Assembly: GCA_044892525.1 (NCBI GenBank)
Contig: CM097885.1
Coordinates: 236,346,001-236,410,000, forward strand
Direction of reading: 5' to 3'
Length of the DNA: 64,000 nt
Source of the DNA: Schmidtea polychroa
Taxonomy: Eukaryota
Part shown: piece after piece, positions 37,501 to 44,852 of the stretch
Layout of the letters: every line of letters begins with the position of its first letter
Position numbering within the stretch: the stretch's first letter is position 1
Made by a program: the position numbers and the translations under genes
Notes under the pieces: generated by a model
What the model was told of the DNA's origin: nothing
The model's input: the letters and a program-made list of their open reading frames with translations, nothing else
The model's database searches: none

Positions 37501-38690
37501 AAGATTTAGGATTTGGTGGTGCACCTCTCCAGTATTCAATCTCTATGTTTTGAAAAGAGTGGAATCTTAAATTAGATTCTCCTAGTTCTTGTTCCACCTG
37601 TTCTTGTTTTTCTTCCAATTCTTTAGCTATATCATTAACAAGTTTATTTCCTGCTTTTGTAGAAAATAAATATTTATATGAGGTTTCAATTTTTACATCT
37701 AGAGGCATTGCGATCGAATCATCTCCTCTCCAGTATTTTGCATTTCCTGTAAATTTAACTTTTATAACATTAAATCTTGATCTACCAAATTTTTTTATAG
37801 CATCATCCATTGATGATATTATTTTTTTTTTATTTTCTCTTATATATTGCATGATTGATCTGGGTCCTCGTTTTACTTCTACAATTACATCGGTGTGATT
37901 GAAGTTGTCCCAATTAAACTCTAGTTTTTCAGCTTTTTCAGTCATTGAGTTTGAATCAGAATCTTTTGCTTCAAGACCACAATCTTCTATGTGTCTTAAG
38001 TAAAAAGATTTTATCCTCATCTTTTTTCCACATGCTGAACATTCGAATATTTCTCTGTTTTTAGGAACTCCAATACAATTTTTAAAATGTTTCTTATAAC
38101 CTGAAAATAAATATCTATCCTTACATTTAGTACAGATTTTGGAATTAGTGTCATCTAGTGTGTTAGCTTTTATTAAATGGTCTTTTGATTTTTTATGAGA
38201 TGTTAAAGCAGTTTTATTTTTAAAATATTTTTCACAAATTTCACAATTGAAAATAGCTTCCATTTTTAAAAGAATTTTTTGGTTGGATACGATGTTTTGG
38301 TTTTGATATTAATTTTTATTAATTTTTAAATCCTTATAACGTTAAATCCTTAAGACCAAGTAGTGAGGAATCTATGCACCCCGTTACCTTTTCTCGGAAT
38401 TACTAATCTATAAATACATCTATTCCGAACTTTTTTACTTTTAAGGGAAGAAATTAAGGGTTAATGGCAATAGGGGACAAAGTTTAAAAGTTAAAAAAGT
38501 GAAGAATATGGGGTAAAAAAGCATATAAATGTGGAAAAAATGGGTCAATAGCGCTGTTTTTTTTTAGGGTGGGGGTGCTGGGGTGCATAGATTCCTCACT
38601 ACTAATTAAATCTTACGATGTATTTACTTCTTTTTCCCTAAAGCTCAAGGTAGAGCAGTCAGAATCTGATTCAAAAGTTTTTTTGTACAT
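10063..38690 (-). CDS. Putative small 3-exon ORF (38690-38617, 10208-10146, 10102-10063) whose first intron hosts the Polinton
   Basis: Removing the Polinton and one TSD leaves a 45-nt GTAAGA...CTTTAG intron. The next intron is 43 nt (GTAAAT...TCATAG). Both are phase 2 and give MYKKTFESDSDCSTLSFREKEVNTS/FTDIEEDPSTSLNLQEKNRKS/ITEIDKIRKKIT*. No homologue recognised. Confidence 0.4.
10247..10525 (+). repeat. Polinton left TIR (~279 bp)
   Basis: Reverse complement of 38326-38603 with a few mismatches. Contains an internal inverted copy of its first 24 nt at 10469-10492. Confidence 0.95.
10637..10679. other. Perfect 13-bp stem hairpin with T-rich loop
   Basis: TGAGGGGACAGTG (10637-10649) pairs with CACTGTCCCCTCA (10667-10679) around a 17-nt loop. 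Confidence 0.7.
11187..11483 (-). CDS. Polinton small charged/coiled-coil hypothetical protein (98 aa)
   Basis: ATG in the AAAAATG context shared with other Polinton genes. K/E-rich helical composition. No family recognised. Confidence 0.55.
   Translation of the reverse strand: MDELKERMRNELNEVKHKRMKRREEEPLEYIKELMVDNEKYRHFYMKAVDVADIRLKKMKQLQERVKELESIIYSLKNEKNSNLDGAVGIDWHSGSNG
11649..11934 (-). ncRNA. Two tRNA-like (Pol III-type) units inside the Polinton non-coding region (11699-11649 and 11934-11861)
   Basis: Unit 1 reads GAGTATAGCTTAGTGGTAATAGCACTCGACTGCAATC, resembling the 5' half of tRNA-Cys(GCA), with the T-arm missing. Unit 2 has an A-box-like TAGCGGAGTGG and a B-box-like GGTTCAATT. 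Both end in GGTCAA followed by an oligo-T run. Confidence 0.45.
11992..13282 (+). CDS. Polinton major capsid protein (double jelly-roll, hexon-like) with two apparent frameshifts
   Basis: LENNFFPNLFSNMRLKLGSSEIETVLHPGVYSTM, LKNLFGFLQNYNRIL and RPRYILIGF. After a shift at ~12880 it reads IQIQLNSSYYP...FKNLYSIFCINVS. After a shift at ~13180 it reads KAKVYTLILEEK...GDS*. Both shifts fall in homopolymer runs. Confidence 0.85.
13312..14721 (+). CDS. C2H2 Zn-finger + parvovirus VP1u-type phospholipase A2 + retroviral-type (RVE) integrase fusion
   Basis: CETC...HLKTKKH. PLA2 Ca-loop NYTGPGT and catalytic DQAALKHDIAY. Integrase D-D-E in WSADL, WCDKGTEF and VERLNRTLK. Polinton integrase tail KFKIGDRVRI...FEKGFTAKWTNEIF. 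Confidence 0.92.
   Translation: MSLNKYWRCETCNCQVTRHHKASHLKTKKHTGGDLIPRAGGDLQSSKTTSSILKPFTTEKYPGERHLFKHNYTGPGTRLDIRLDENNNPKQGEEPINRIDQAALKHDIAYNSTNLRDRHVADVNLIHDLNSIQNPSTQEKIQRALVKLAMKGKIFIGLGHSPITMGARLPRKAKDVAYKKIIEQAEIERSLESTAKTSLQTPTESEIKYAKELHHEFRKNKKYLKVQVHEKDQTWSADLVFMPKSSDPEKYKIILTVIDLYTRFAFARCLENKTGYSITEAFENIFEDNQRIPKYLWCDKGTEFYNKVFTKFLNENDIKLYSTENEGKAFVVERLNRTLKNKMWKYFTAIGKQKWNNELLQKIVNEYNNDVHSSIKSTPLNASMKPETIKVVNIENDVIEKPKFKIGDRVRIFKYKNKFEKGFTAKWTNEIFIINKIHYTTPITYSIFDLNNEKILGRFYNNELQKTDF
14733..15524 (-). CDS. A32/FtsK-like genome packaging ATPase
   Basis: Walker A GSSGCGKN (Asn in place of the usual Thr/Ser), Walker B LVIFDD, and GRHNNCNVIYISQ. Confidence 0.92.
   Translation of the reverse strand: MDTWKPILNRHKSKFNNKVFPDNFRLLIVGSSGCGKNVLVLRMLLEDDFLDYNNLIFYSTTINQPELQLLKCGFENKLTKKAIIDIFKNQHRCPEEVFQPCDMVDWYKEKILESDISNKNDYICEEGQEAIQVLFSNKPEDVLHCDLLPKDKKNLVIFDDVVNMKNQEIQKSYFTRGRHNNCNVIYISQTYYALDKNSIRNNSNCFIFFKLDRRDKNMIYNDLFSNVEPDKNMFDMFVDNHWKEKYNYIYLDREEAEIWKSLF
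15541..16119 (+). CDS. Adenovirus pX-like virion core/membrane-active protein
   Basis: Likely start ATG at 15541. EGG-ILPLAALIPAIIAGLSGAAGIAG resembles the adenovirus pX cleavage site and hydrophobic tail (RGG-ILPLLIPLIAAAIG). Three GKGLYLxP(Y/F) repeats. Confidence 0.7.
   Translation: MTTEESLQELINSNKNKSVVIDGKKYFIGKHVKEQVRAKLHEAKEGGILPLAALIPAIIAGLSGAAGIAGGIATTVQKAKESQKTDLEKEKLQTEIDSMKKVGQAKGGVSVGKGLYLNPYEGSRQKSQGKGLYLDPYKGRGLNDFLKNQISTSESLSSKDKEDLKKICKSLKNGCLCKTKNGKGLYLKPFEL
16142..17023 (+). CDS. Conserved Polinton hypothetical protein (293 aa)
   Basis: Intact ORF in the morphogenesis cluster. The C-terminal NPINLFIELRKLLAARKAGHNN...LLKQGII resembles a motif I recall from Polinton/adintovirus proteins. 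Confidence 0.65.
   Translation: MVYEERLALLKKLQSEQDKYNKKDTTQHAESIILNEVITQQQGPTIKAIKELEDFNEQAKFKELEDKKQKIKELEWQDKEKESSENHPERNQRKRRRISNVEEEEMFLKTKPLKVDPKIRDDLPPSIRPTFNTNTEGYQIITINKQNFTLYSNSENKSRIHSQNVYNNEYLDYEFTDDFYRLLCGYSSDDVEEIKKYLNLIRLIRASSKAKYIQDLKNYLNKNEKGYVVTEGEGLISEGGKPNPINLFIELRKLLAARKAGHNNLDSDILKISKDLLKQGIISKDKFNKYTKL
17046..17510 (+). CDS. Adenain-like cysteine maturation protease
   Basis: GSHWVC (His), YFDSFG (Asp), QVQ...ICG (Gln/Cys). Confidence 0.92.
   Translation: MTPSILDFLKTFGINAKTNFDLKDYANYLNLKIKILMNDELSSLESPLNIIINYQNSNEKGSHWVCIYKKSIYFDSFGIKPTKEVEDYLLRGSPIDSPNGYTFNSLQVQPLNTKICGILSLYVLYRLNKGEGKGHTQDFESIIQEIYNDLESLL
17559..18323 (+). CDS. Minor capsid protein (penton, single jelly-roll)
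   Basis: YELGLL...IFNITKDNNKF...IEPGAYEIKDLN...VLGF...INIHCDCITGSYNNG...LYSF...GYKIVE...YLPL...NQEGELIDFNGEEI, typical of Polinton pentons. Confidence 0.85.
   Translation: MELHNPPEDNLKKMVNIMSDKYSRTLSINSKESDFTINFQDSIKLDQNLNYELGLLWFCAYNTIFNITKDNNKFTIQTRDGHKPEIITIEPGAYEIKDLNDILSKKTNEGIKIKMDIPTSKCVMTLKNIKISFLDNCFFHTVLGFKPMDITIKEDKIITSEHIIKIINTNTINIHCDCITGSYNNGKQTNVLYSFPSNTVPMGYKIVERMNPPNYLPLCRKYIMDINFKILNQEGELIDFNGEEISMYLHLKQV
18348..19358 (+). CDS. Putative fibre/spike protein
   Basis: GDSMKGDLNLNGHKIKDLSLPTDEADAVNKKYVD is a trimeric fibre/adhesin neck-like motif. It is followed by a long coiled coil and a globular C-terminus, directly downstream of the penton gene. Confidence 0.6.
   Translation: MSSYIPCNRGGGTIKTGFNTEEILTLTENKYINERGDSMKGDLNLNGHKIKDLSLPTDEADAVNKKYVDGVKNYTDLTTTRIESSLTTKIDSMESKLNNIEQRFNDKFDKLQSLLTEQVVKLNTAILNSKDKQIMNTKFNTIYKIINEMITSFNKRISNLESHGTHINTTHSIRKRAAELEQNKTLLPHTYKHFIEPSLITPNSKEWGVFMVVKIIDPYFFLFDDDNERMKWFVKCDYNSKLEKGDVIMTSYDLPHGDWYVNTHSHGLHKVKSKNIHFSSSLVQYIDLIFYEKKVDVDEVRKALRELYKDILSTRVSFDIRVLVPDGAQKNKVLFF
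19367..19960 (+). CDS. Polinton membrane protein (197 aa)
   Basis: Hydrophobic segment VIGYSLGFASAILTVILPITLPVILGSISVA. N-terminal IYPEL and ASAP motifs. Confidence 0.6.
   Translation: MEEVREEKIYPELRSSGYYSEGHKGSKASAPTELEIMRVKEFKSETLHLQDLLKHYKKIKNRWNKGNTFLKVIGYSLGFASAILTVILPITLPVILGSISVADGFLTEIVSLSYTSKKKSLYREVCLSIELGISKLFLFQLKALEDGILTDEEIMKSNQIIQDIKNEVIRLKREGMVVYVISNKKTSREKWLKNSYL
20039..20593 (-). CDS. Stand-alone duplicate of the pPolB C-terminal domain (184 aa)
   Basis: KGIQ...HQ.Y...LKSE.H.I.L...NYDDKRFILSDLKTTLPIGN.LIPIIK...ELKYFNTDPEYI.GL...FK.HKLM aligns to the last ~170 aa of the adjacent pPolB. It has its own ATG and stop. Confidence 0.85.
   Translation of the reverse strand: MMETKNQENNIFEIIKNITNLKDNRCKGIQRVVAKNLSHQDYIDTLNPNHKDKIDEIHQLKSENHDIHLIESQKVSLSNYDDKRFILSDLKTTLPIGNNLIPIIKNLEKLNKLYDTKITDLDIYNVEIIYPEREIEKPLYSQVFNPICLELKYFNTDPEYIKGLSDKEFKDHKLMIHRLAFNDI
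20618..22380 (-). CDS. Polinton pPolB, 3' part (polymerase motifs A-C), cut off by the nested insertion
   Basis: YIDATALYA, KLLNNAVFGKT, MDTDS, RPKQYS. The frame is open up to the TSD and rejoins the 5' part as ...HNIRG|GISSVQG... Confidence 0.95.
22740..23360 (+). repeat. Subterminal ~29-30-bp AT-rich tandem array (mirrored at ~34690-35310; related array at ~58680-59050)
   Basis: Repeated AAATTA(A/C)AGTAAAT(T/A)ATGGT(T/C)C unit. Followed by further AT-rich repeats and a (TAA)n run at ~23546-23590. Confidence 0.85.
23782..27561 (-). CDS. Protein-primed DNA polymerase B of the nested element, left-arm copy (1193-aa open frame 27363-23782; upstream in-frame ATG separated by a TAA at 27406-27408)
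   Basis: OTU-like NTDDSCFLYSILA...HYVAI. ExoI YADFEA. Endonuclease VII/HNH-like CYLC..RDHDH..GAACSTCN. ExoII FHNLKGYD. IRGG, YIDINNLYG, KLLNNSLYGKT, GDTDS, RPKCYS. Acidic tail. Confidence 0.92.
28001..28410 (+). repeat. Three ~143-bp tandem repeats, each with a TGTGTGTATTACACACA-type mini-palindrome (mirrored at ~29645-30055)
   Basis: Unit TCAATCCATTTTATAGAAAATTAAATTTTATCTATAT...AAAAACATGTGTGTATTACACACA starts at ~28001, ~28144 and ~28288. Confidence 0.85.
28543..29512. repeat. Asymmetric central spacer of the palindrome, built from direct repeats
   Basis: Two arrays of a ~20-nt ATATTTTTAGAACGATGCC unit (~28607-28733 and ~29097-29296). Three ~120-bp TGG(C/T)CCAGCGG... repeats at ~28743, ~28957 and ~29315. 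A C-run near the left edge and a G-run near the right edge. Confidence 0.85.
30494..34273 (+). CDS. Protein-primed DNA polymerase B of the nested element, right-arm copy (open frame 30692-34273; ATG at 30494, in-frame TAA at 30647-30649)
   Basis: Mirror of the left-arm gene. The only amino-acid difference I saw is TPP versus TLP (nt 31818 versus 26237). Confidence 0.92.
35671..38263 (-). CDS. Polinton pPolB, 5' part (Zn fingers, terminal-protein/OTU-like region, exonuclease, HNH-like insert); reconstructed full length 1451 aa
   Basis: CEIC..H..H, NKDNKCFQWSILAHL, YCDFEA, CWMC..DHDH..YRGAAHKKCN, FHNLFGYD, KGIYPY, YLSLDVYILAD. 2593 nt + 1763 nt = 4356 nt in frame after removing the insertion and one TSD. 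Confidence 0.95.
38326..38603 (-). repeat. Polinton right TIR
   Basis: Reverse complement of 10247-10525. Internal AGTAGTGAGGAATCTATGCACCCC at 38359-38382. Confidence 0.95.
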
Positions 38691-39419
38691 AACTTTTTAA
38701 ATAATTTGAAAATATTGATATGTTAATTATATGTTAATCAATGTATATTTCGCATGAAAAACACTTTACTTAAATTTGTATGTATTTTTCATTATGTGTG
38801 CTGTGTTTGTATGCTTAATTATTTTCTCTCACTTTCTAGATTCCTATAATAAATATGTTAAATTTCGCAGCATTAAATTTCTACACACAGGTAAGTTTGT
38901 GTGTTCCTATAATATATATTTATTGATTTTTTTTAGATTATAGATAATGTTATATTTCGCAGTAAAAAAAAAGCAATAAAAACACTTATATTTGTATGTT
39001 TATATATCTGTGTAACGGCTTTCTTATTGAATCATCTTATAAAAAAATTAATTGAGGTTTTTGATGATATGTATCTTAAATGCAAATTTAAAGATAAAAT
39101 GTCATTTTTTTCGCGGAACACTGGAAGCGTAATCGCGGAACACGTGTTGATAACCACTGTGTTAGCTATTAGCCATGTGGCCGGTATTTCAATTTGACCT
39201 AAAAAAATTTAAGCCTAAAATACCCTTCAATGTAGTATTTCATATTGACTATAAGCCTGTACCGTGCCTCGCTTCACATTGACATAGGGAAGGGGATACG
39301 GTGCACAGTGTTAACATCTACCTACTTATGTGTTTTTTTGACTCATTTTAATTCTATCGTCATACATCAATGCGTGTTTATCTTTGTAATTAAAAATAAA
39401 ATTCGATAATAATTAACAA

Positions 39420-42400
39420 TTCGATTCGTCGGTGCCGCGTCGTATCTGGATATTGCAAATCAGCTTGATGATCTGACATAAATCTAAGAATTTTTATGGA
39501 CCATCATATTGAATATCATTTTTTTTCTATGTGGTTCTTGCCTTACTAGTACTTCTTCCCCACTTCGAAATGTCGTTGAATTCTTTTGTCGTTCTCGAAT
39601 TTCCTCATCTTTTGCGCAGCTTGCTTGTTATTCGTTTGTGCTTCCGAAATATTTTCCGTCCATATATTATCTCAAATGGTGAATATTTTGTAGAACTTTG
39701 ATATGTTGCATTTATACTGAATTCAATTCGAGGCAGCAGTTCGTGCCACTGTTTTTCAGCACAGTCCCCTTTCATCGTCGTCAAAAGTAAATTTCTCATT
39801 GTTCTGATAGTTCTTTCCACTATTCCATTCGACTGATGTTGATATGGCGAGGCGAATTCTTGCTTTATTCCAAGTTATTCTAATTTTTGATTTCAAAATT
39901 TCGCACTGTCTGTCAATATACTTAAAAGTTTACCATATTTGTAAATCCAACTGTTCATTAGCGTCTTCAAAATAGTTTTTTCATCTTGGTTTGCTGTAGC
40001 CGTTTGATTTACTGATTTGCTAAACTTATCAATAATAACGATAATATACTTTTTGTCGGCTGAAGTTCTCTCTATGAAAGCAACATCCATCTGTTCTAGA
40101 AATTCAAAACTTTCGTGTGGAATTAAAATTTCCTTTGTCTTCCTTTGGTCTATTTTCCTTACACATGTGACACATCGTTTTACTAACTCATTAAAGATTT
40201 CTTGCATTTTCAGTCAGAAAAATTCCCTTCCAAATAATGAAACAGTTTCTTAATTCCAACGTGACATAAATCTTCAAGTATTTTAGTCACTAGTTTAGAT
40301 TGATAGCTTTTTGGGATTATCACTAGATCTATTTTGTCTAATTCCAATACAAGCATATCATCCGATACCTTTAACCGATCTTTATATCTGAATAAAAACT
40401 ATTTAGAAACGATTCCTTCGAACATCTATCTGATTCTTAAAAATTTCCATCACTTCCTGGAACAATTTATCTTTCTTCTGTTCTTCCATAATTTCTAACC
40501 TTGCCTATTTTTTGTAACAAATTGTATTTTACTCGTGAGCTTTCTTGTTTATGCTGTACATATGCTGTCTGACACTGTACAAATAAACTACCCTCGATCC
40601 TTGATAATTCATCTGCGTTTACATGTTTTTCACCTTTCAGGTATTTCAATTGGAAATCGTATTCTGATAGATTAGCCAATAAGTCTGAAATTGTGGACTT
40701 ATTGCTTTTCTTCGTGTTCATAAATACTAAAGCTTTGTGATCTGCTCGAGACACGAATTCTTTCCCGTATAAATACTGTCTAAAATATAAAACATATTCA
40801 TGCAATGCCAATAATTATTTTCTGGTTACGCAGTCTCTCTTTTCATGGGCCGTCAGATTTCTTGAACCGTGGTCGATAACAATTTTTGAACCGTCTTCTT
40901 ATATTTGACTCAACACTGCTCCAATAGCTTCAAAACTGGCATCAGTATCCAAAATAAATTTACGACCTATACGAGGAAAATGAAGAATAGGAGCTTGTGT
41001 TAAGGCTTCGTTAAGTTGTTTAAAAGTGTTCACAATTTTCTGACCATTCGATTGTTTTATCACAACTTGACGCTGCTGCATGTAAGGGTACTGTTATTTT
41101 AGCATAATCTTTGACAAATCGTCTATAGTAATTTGCCAAACCCAGAAATGATCGAAGTTATTTAACACACTGTGGTTTCGTCGGTTCTGTAATTGACTTG
41201 ATCTTCTCTGAATTTGTCTGTATTCCATCTTAACTGACGGCGTGACTAAGGAATTTTAATTTGGGTTTGTAAATTTTGCACTTCTCCGGATTTATTCTTA
41301 GTCCTGTTTTTTTATTCTTTTGAAAACTTCTCGCAATCGCTCATCATGTTGAGACTGGTCCTTGCCATATACCAGAATATCTTCTAAATAAACAATTGCT
41401 CCATTAAACAATACACTTTCTAACATTGTGTGCATTAATCGCTGAAACGTTGTTGGAGCCGTTGATAATTGGAAGTAGATTGAAACAAAATTGACCTTCT
41501 TTGGAACTAAAAAGAGTTTTTTCTTGTACTTCTTCTGCTAATGCGACCTGATAGAATGCTTGTCCAAGATCTAAAGAAGAAAAGAATTTAGATCCTGATA
41601 GGTTATCGAGTAATTGGAATATGTTGGGCATAGGAAAAGATTCTCTTTCTGTCATCTTATTCAACTCTCGTCTTTCTTTCCACTACAACCAATGGAGAGC
41701 TCCATGAACTTTTACATCCTCTTATAACTCCAGCTTTTGTTAACTCTTTTATCATATCTTCAATTTTCTGTTCTAGATGCATCGGTTGTCGTCTTGGAAA
41801 TTGCATTGTTGGATTCCCAGATGTATTAATTTCGTGCTCCACGATTCTTATGAATCCTAAATCAAATCTAGCTGCCATAAATATTGAGCCGAATTCATCT
41901 AATAATTTGTTAATTGTTGGCAATTCATTTCTTCCCAATTCCTTTTTTGCTTTTTGTCTTCTCTCGTCATCAGTATAATTGCTAATCTTTGTCTCGAATT
42001 CGATATTGTTAATTTCTATCAACTGTACTCCAAATGCTTTCAAAGTATCTATCCCGCTAATAAAACCTGGAAATATATTTTTATAACAATTATTTTGATA
42101 GTCCTCATCTTATTTTGGTTTTTGAGTTCCTGGAAAAACTCCACATATTTTGATTTCACTGCTGCTTAACCAAGGACTACCATTTTTATTCATCAATGTA
42201 ATTGAAGCTCCAGAATCTCACAACATCTCAATCTCAACATCATTTATCATCATCTTGCTCCATTCTCTTCCATCTGATTTCGCATACCTCATTCCTTCTG
42301 TTCTGTCATTCCGATTTTCTTCCTTTACAACCCCATTGACAAAATGTATACAATAGAGTTCTTCATGTTTTTTTCAGTTTCCACATCATGAATTGCATAA

Positions 42401-42640
42401 TCATTAAGTGATTCACTTGTTTCTGGATCGTCTGAGTAATTTCTTCCGTTTTCTTCGTCATGCACACAAGCTATCATTTTCTTGTTCTCATAGTTCTGTT
42501 GTTCTTTCCTTCTTAATAAATAACAATCACGAAAATTATGCCCTCCCTAACCACATATCAAACATTTATCTTTTAGTGGACATTCATATCTTCTGTGCCC
42601 ATATTCGCCAACAGGTAGATAAAATGTAAAAGTTGCACAA
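39420..42640 (-). mobile_element. Decayed Ty3/gypsy LTR retrotransposon (gag-PR-RT-RH-IN)
   Basis: Fragments in gypsy order: protease DSGASI (~42200), RT WSSPLVVV and FFSSLDLGQAFYQV, RNase H FILDTDASFEAIGAVLSQ and ADHKAL, integrase IIDKFSK, LTDS, ERTIRT and SPFEIIYG. Many stops and frameshifts. Confidence 0.9.
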
Positions 42641-42879
42641 TTTACAATTGTTTGTTTAATTTTAGTTTTTGTATGTCGTTAAGTTTGAAACTGTCACTGT
42701 ACCGTTTTCTGTATGTGTTTGGTGTAGGGATTTTTTATTGGAAGCTAGTGATGGTTCTTGGTTGTTGAATGAAATGAATCTTTGCTTTGTTTGATTGTTG
42801 TTGTTTAGTGCATTAAAAGGCCTTGTTCTGTTTGGTGGTAGTATTTTAATCTACGGATACTACGGATACTACGGATTAA

Positions 42880-43220
42880 TTGTTTTTTAATATTGTGGCC
42901 ATGTTTTTATTTAGATTTTAGTAGTTTGTATGGGCCTTCGTACTTTGATTCGAAGCTTTTTGCGAATAGTTTTTACTAAGACATAGCCTGTGGTTAAAAA
43001 CGGTTTTACAATGTGCTTTATTTTTTTGACTTTCTTTTGGATTGGATTCGCTATATTCAGTTGTTATTTGTTTTGTTGTTTCTTTTTTTGTTTTCGCTGT
43101 TTGTTTTTAGAGATATTAGAATTGATTCTATGCCAAAAACGTTATATGCAGGGTTTTCACTATCAATTGAATTAGGAGTGTTTCTTAATCCAAGTAGGAT
43201 TGTTGGAAGTTGTTCTGAAC
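42880..43220 (-). pseudogene. Second gypsy integrase C-terminal fragment
   Basis: Minus strand reads YVLVKLFAKSFESKYEGPYKLL (GPY/F motif). Confidence 0.55.
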
Positions 43221-43328
43221 AATTTCTAACAAAAATCTAATATAATAAAAGAAAAAATTAGCTCATTAAATTTATGAAAAATAGTTTTATGTTGGGCTAA
43301 AGTTGAATTTTAGACCCAAAAATAAGAT

Positions 43329-44498
43329 TGTGACGGAATGTATCGACACACACCACGCATACCCTGCATCAGGTGTACTTAAAATAAAAAATAAAAGCAC
43401 CGAGTAAACAAAAATAACAGAAAACACAGTACACAAAAAAAATACTCAAATTAAAAAAAATACCAAACAAAAGCAAGAAGTGTGGCATAAAACCTACTCA
43501 AACACAACATGATCACAGAACAATAGTAAAAAGTTCGGATTAAAGGCGATAAGATGGAATAAGAACGTGTTGGGTTTTGGATTATTTCAAGTCGGTTCTC
43601 TCTGACTCCTGTGTTCTTTAAATCAAAACAATGAACGACCCAACGTATATTGAAACAACAGGTTCACAATTTATTATCACGCTACAATTACCAATCAAAG
43701 TTTTATACGATTCTCCGCTCGGCGTTGATGCTTTGCAAACAAACAATATTCACCTTTCGATCCTTTAGCTTCTCTCGATTCACGTTTTCCTCGGTTTCTG
43801 TTTGGTTTGATCCCTTTTCACCTTTCCGTATTCTTAATTCTTTTCTTCTTTTCCCTACTTTCCTAAATTCGTTTACCACTTTTCCTACAGTCTAATTCTT
43901 CGAACCCTAGCTGAGGCAGAATGCCGATTTTCTCTGATTTTCCCTTTGCTTATATATTCCTCGAAATCAGGATGACAAATGGTTATTGCCGAGCCAATCT
44001 TTCGTTTGACATCTTCTCCTACGTGTTTGCTTCGGCTGTCATCCATAATGGTCCAACGAATCCAGATAATTAATGGCCCTACCGGTCTTCCTACGCGCGC
44101 TATCTTCTCCTTACTCTTTTCCCATTAATCATTGTGTCAAGCTAATGGGCCCAAATCTTCCTTTTGTTTGCCTTTCTTCTTGTTTACCCAGCTCGGGTTT
44201 CCTTTATCTCTCGGGTTCTCCATTGGCTCGGGTTTCCCATTAGCTCGGGTTTTCCATTAGCCAATTAATTAATTAATTAACGTTTTCTGTTTTCATACGT
44301 TTGAATGTTTTTCGACCCTTCCTAACCCTTTTCTGATAAATCCCTAACCATCATCTTGTTGACCATTAGCTAATCTATACCTGTCCCGTTTTTCCCATTC
44401 GATTTCGATGATTTTTCCATTTATTGATTTTTCTCGGATTTCCGTATTCTCGCCTTTCGTAATTGCTTTTTGCATTTTCTATTACTGTTTCCGTCACA
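43329..44498 (-). mobile_element. LTR-like segment (~1.17 kb)
   Basis: TG...CA ends with a 10-bp inverted repeat TGTGACGGAA / TTCCGTCACA. Purine tract adjacent on the minus strand. No matching TSD. Confidence 0.5.
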
Positions 44499-44783
44499 CT
44501 TTCCTTTACTATTGATTCTGTGCACGATCCCGCTTTTATTTGCCTTTTTTCCTCGCTTACTTTCCATTTGAATTATTATCCTAAATTTTATTTAAATTTT
44601 TAATTTTAGTTTACAGACCTCAACAAACGGAAATAAGAAAGATTTCCCATAGAATACCAACAAAACGTAGATTAAGAACAAATTTGCAGTAAAAATTGGG
44701 TAAAAACCCAAAACAATCCATCAAAATTGCGGAATCCACCATGACCGTCAAACAACCTAACAAAACCAACAAAAATAAAAATA

Positions 44784-44852
44784 CACTTGATAAAGGCAGT
44801 GCCGAAAATTCGTTAATATCAAAAACATCCAAATATTTACTGATTCATAGTC
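44784..44852. repeat. Third copy of the ~65-bp dispersed repeat seen at 6195 and 7021
   Basis: CACTTGATAAAGGCAGTGCCGAAAATTCGTTAATATCAAAAACATCCAAATATTTACTGATTCATAGTC. Confidence 0.8.

Larger units (their letters stand above)
10247..38603. mobile_element. Polinton/Maverick (adintovirus-like endogenous virus), 15,067 bp once the nested insertion is removed
   Basis: Begins AGTAGTGAGG and ends CCTCACTACT. 6-bp TSD AATTAA at 10241-10246 and 38604-38609. Long TIRs. Full gene set: MCP, integrase, ATPase, protease, penton, pPolB. Confidence 0.97.

Noticed and set aside
9468..39159. Old hAT-like element enclosing the Polinton (GATTGGTTCTCAA at 9468, GTTGATAACCACTG ending 39159, CGCGGAA motifs near both ends)
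   Set aside because: The TIR match is only about 10/14, there is no clean 8-bp TSD and no transposase remnant. The 9480-9720 motifs could equally be E2F/CCAAT promoter elements.
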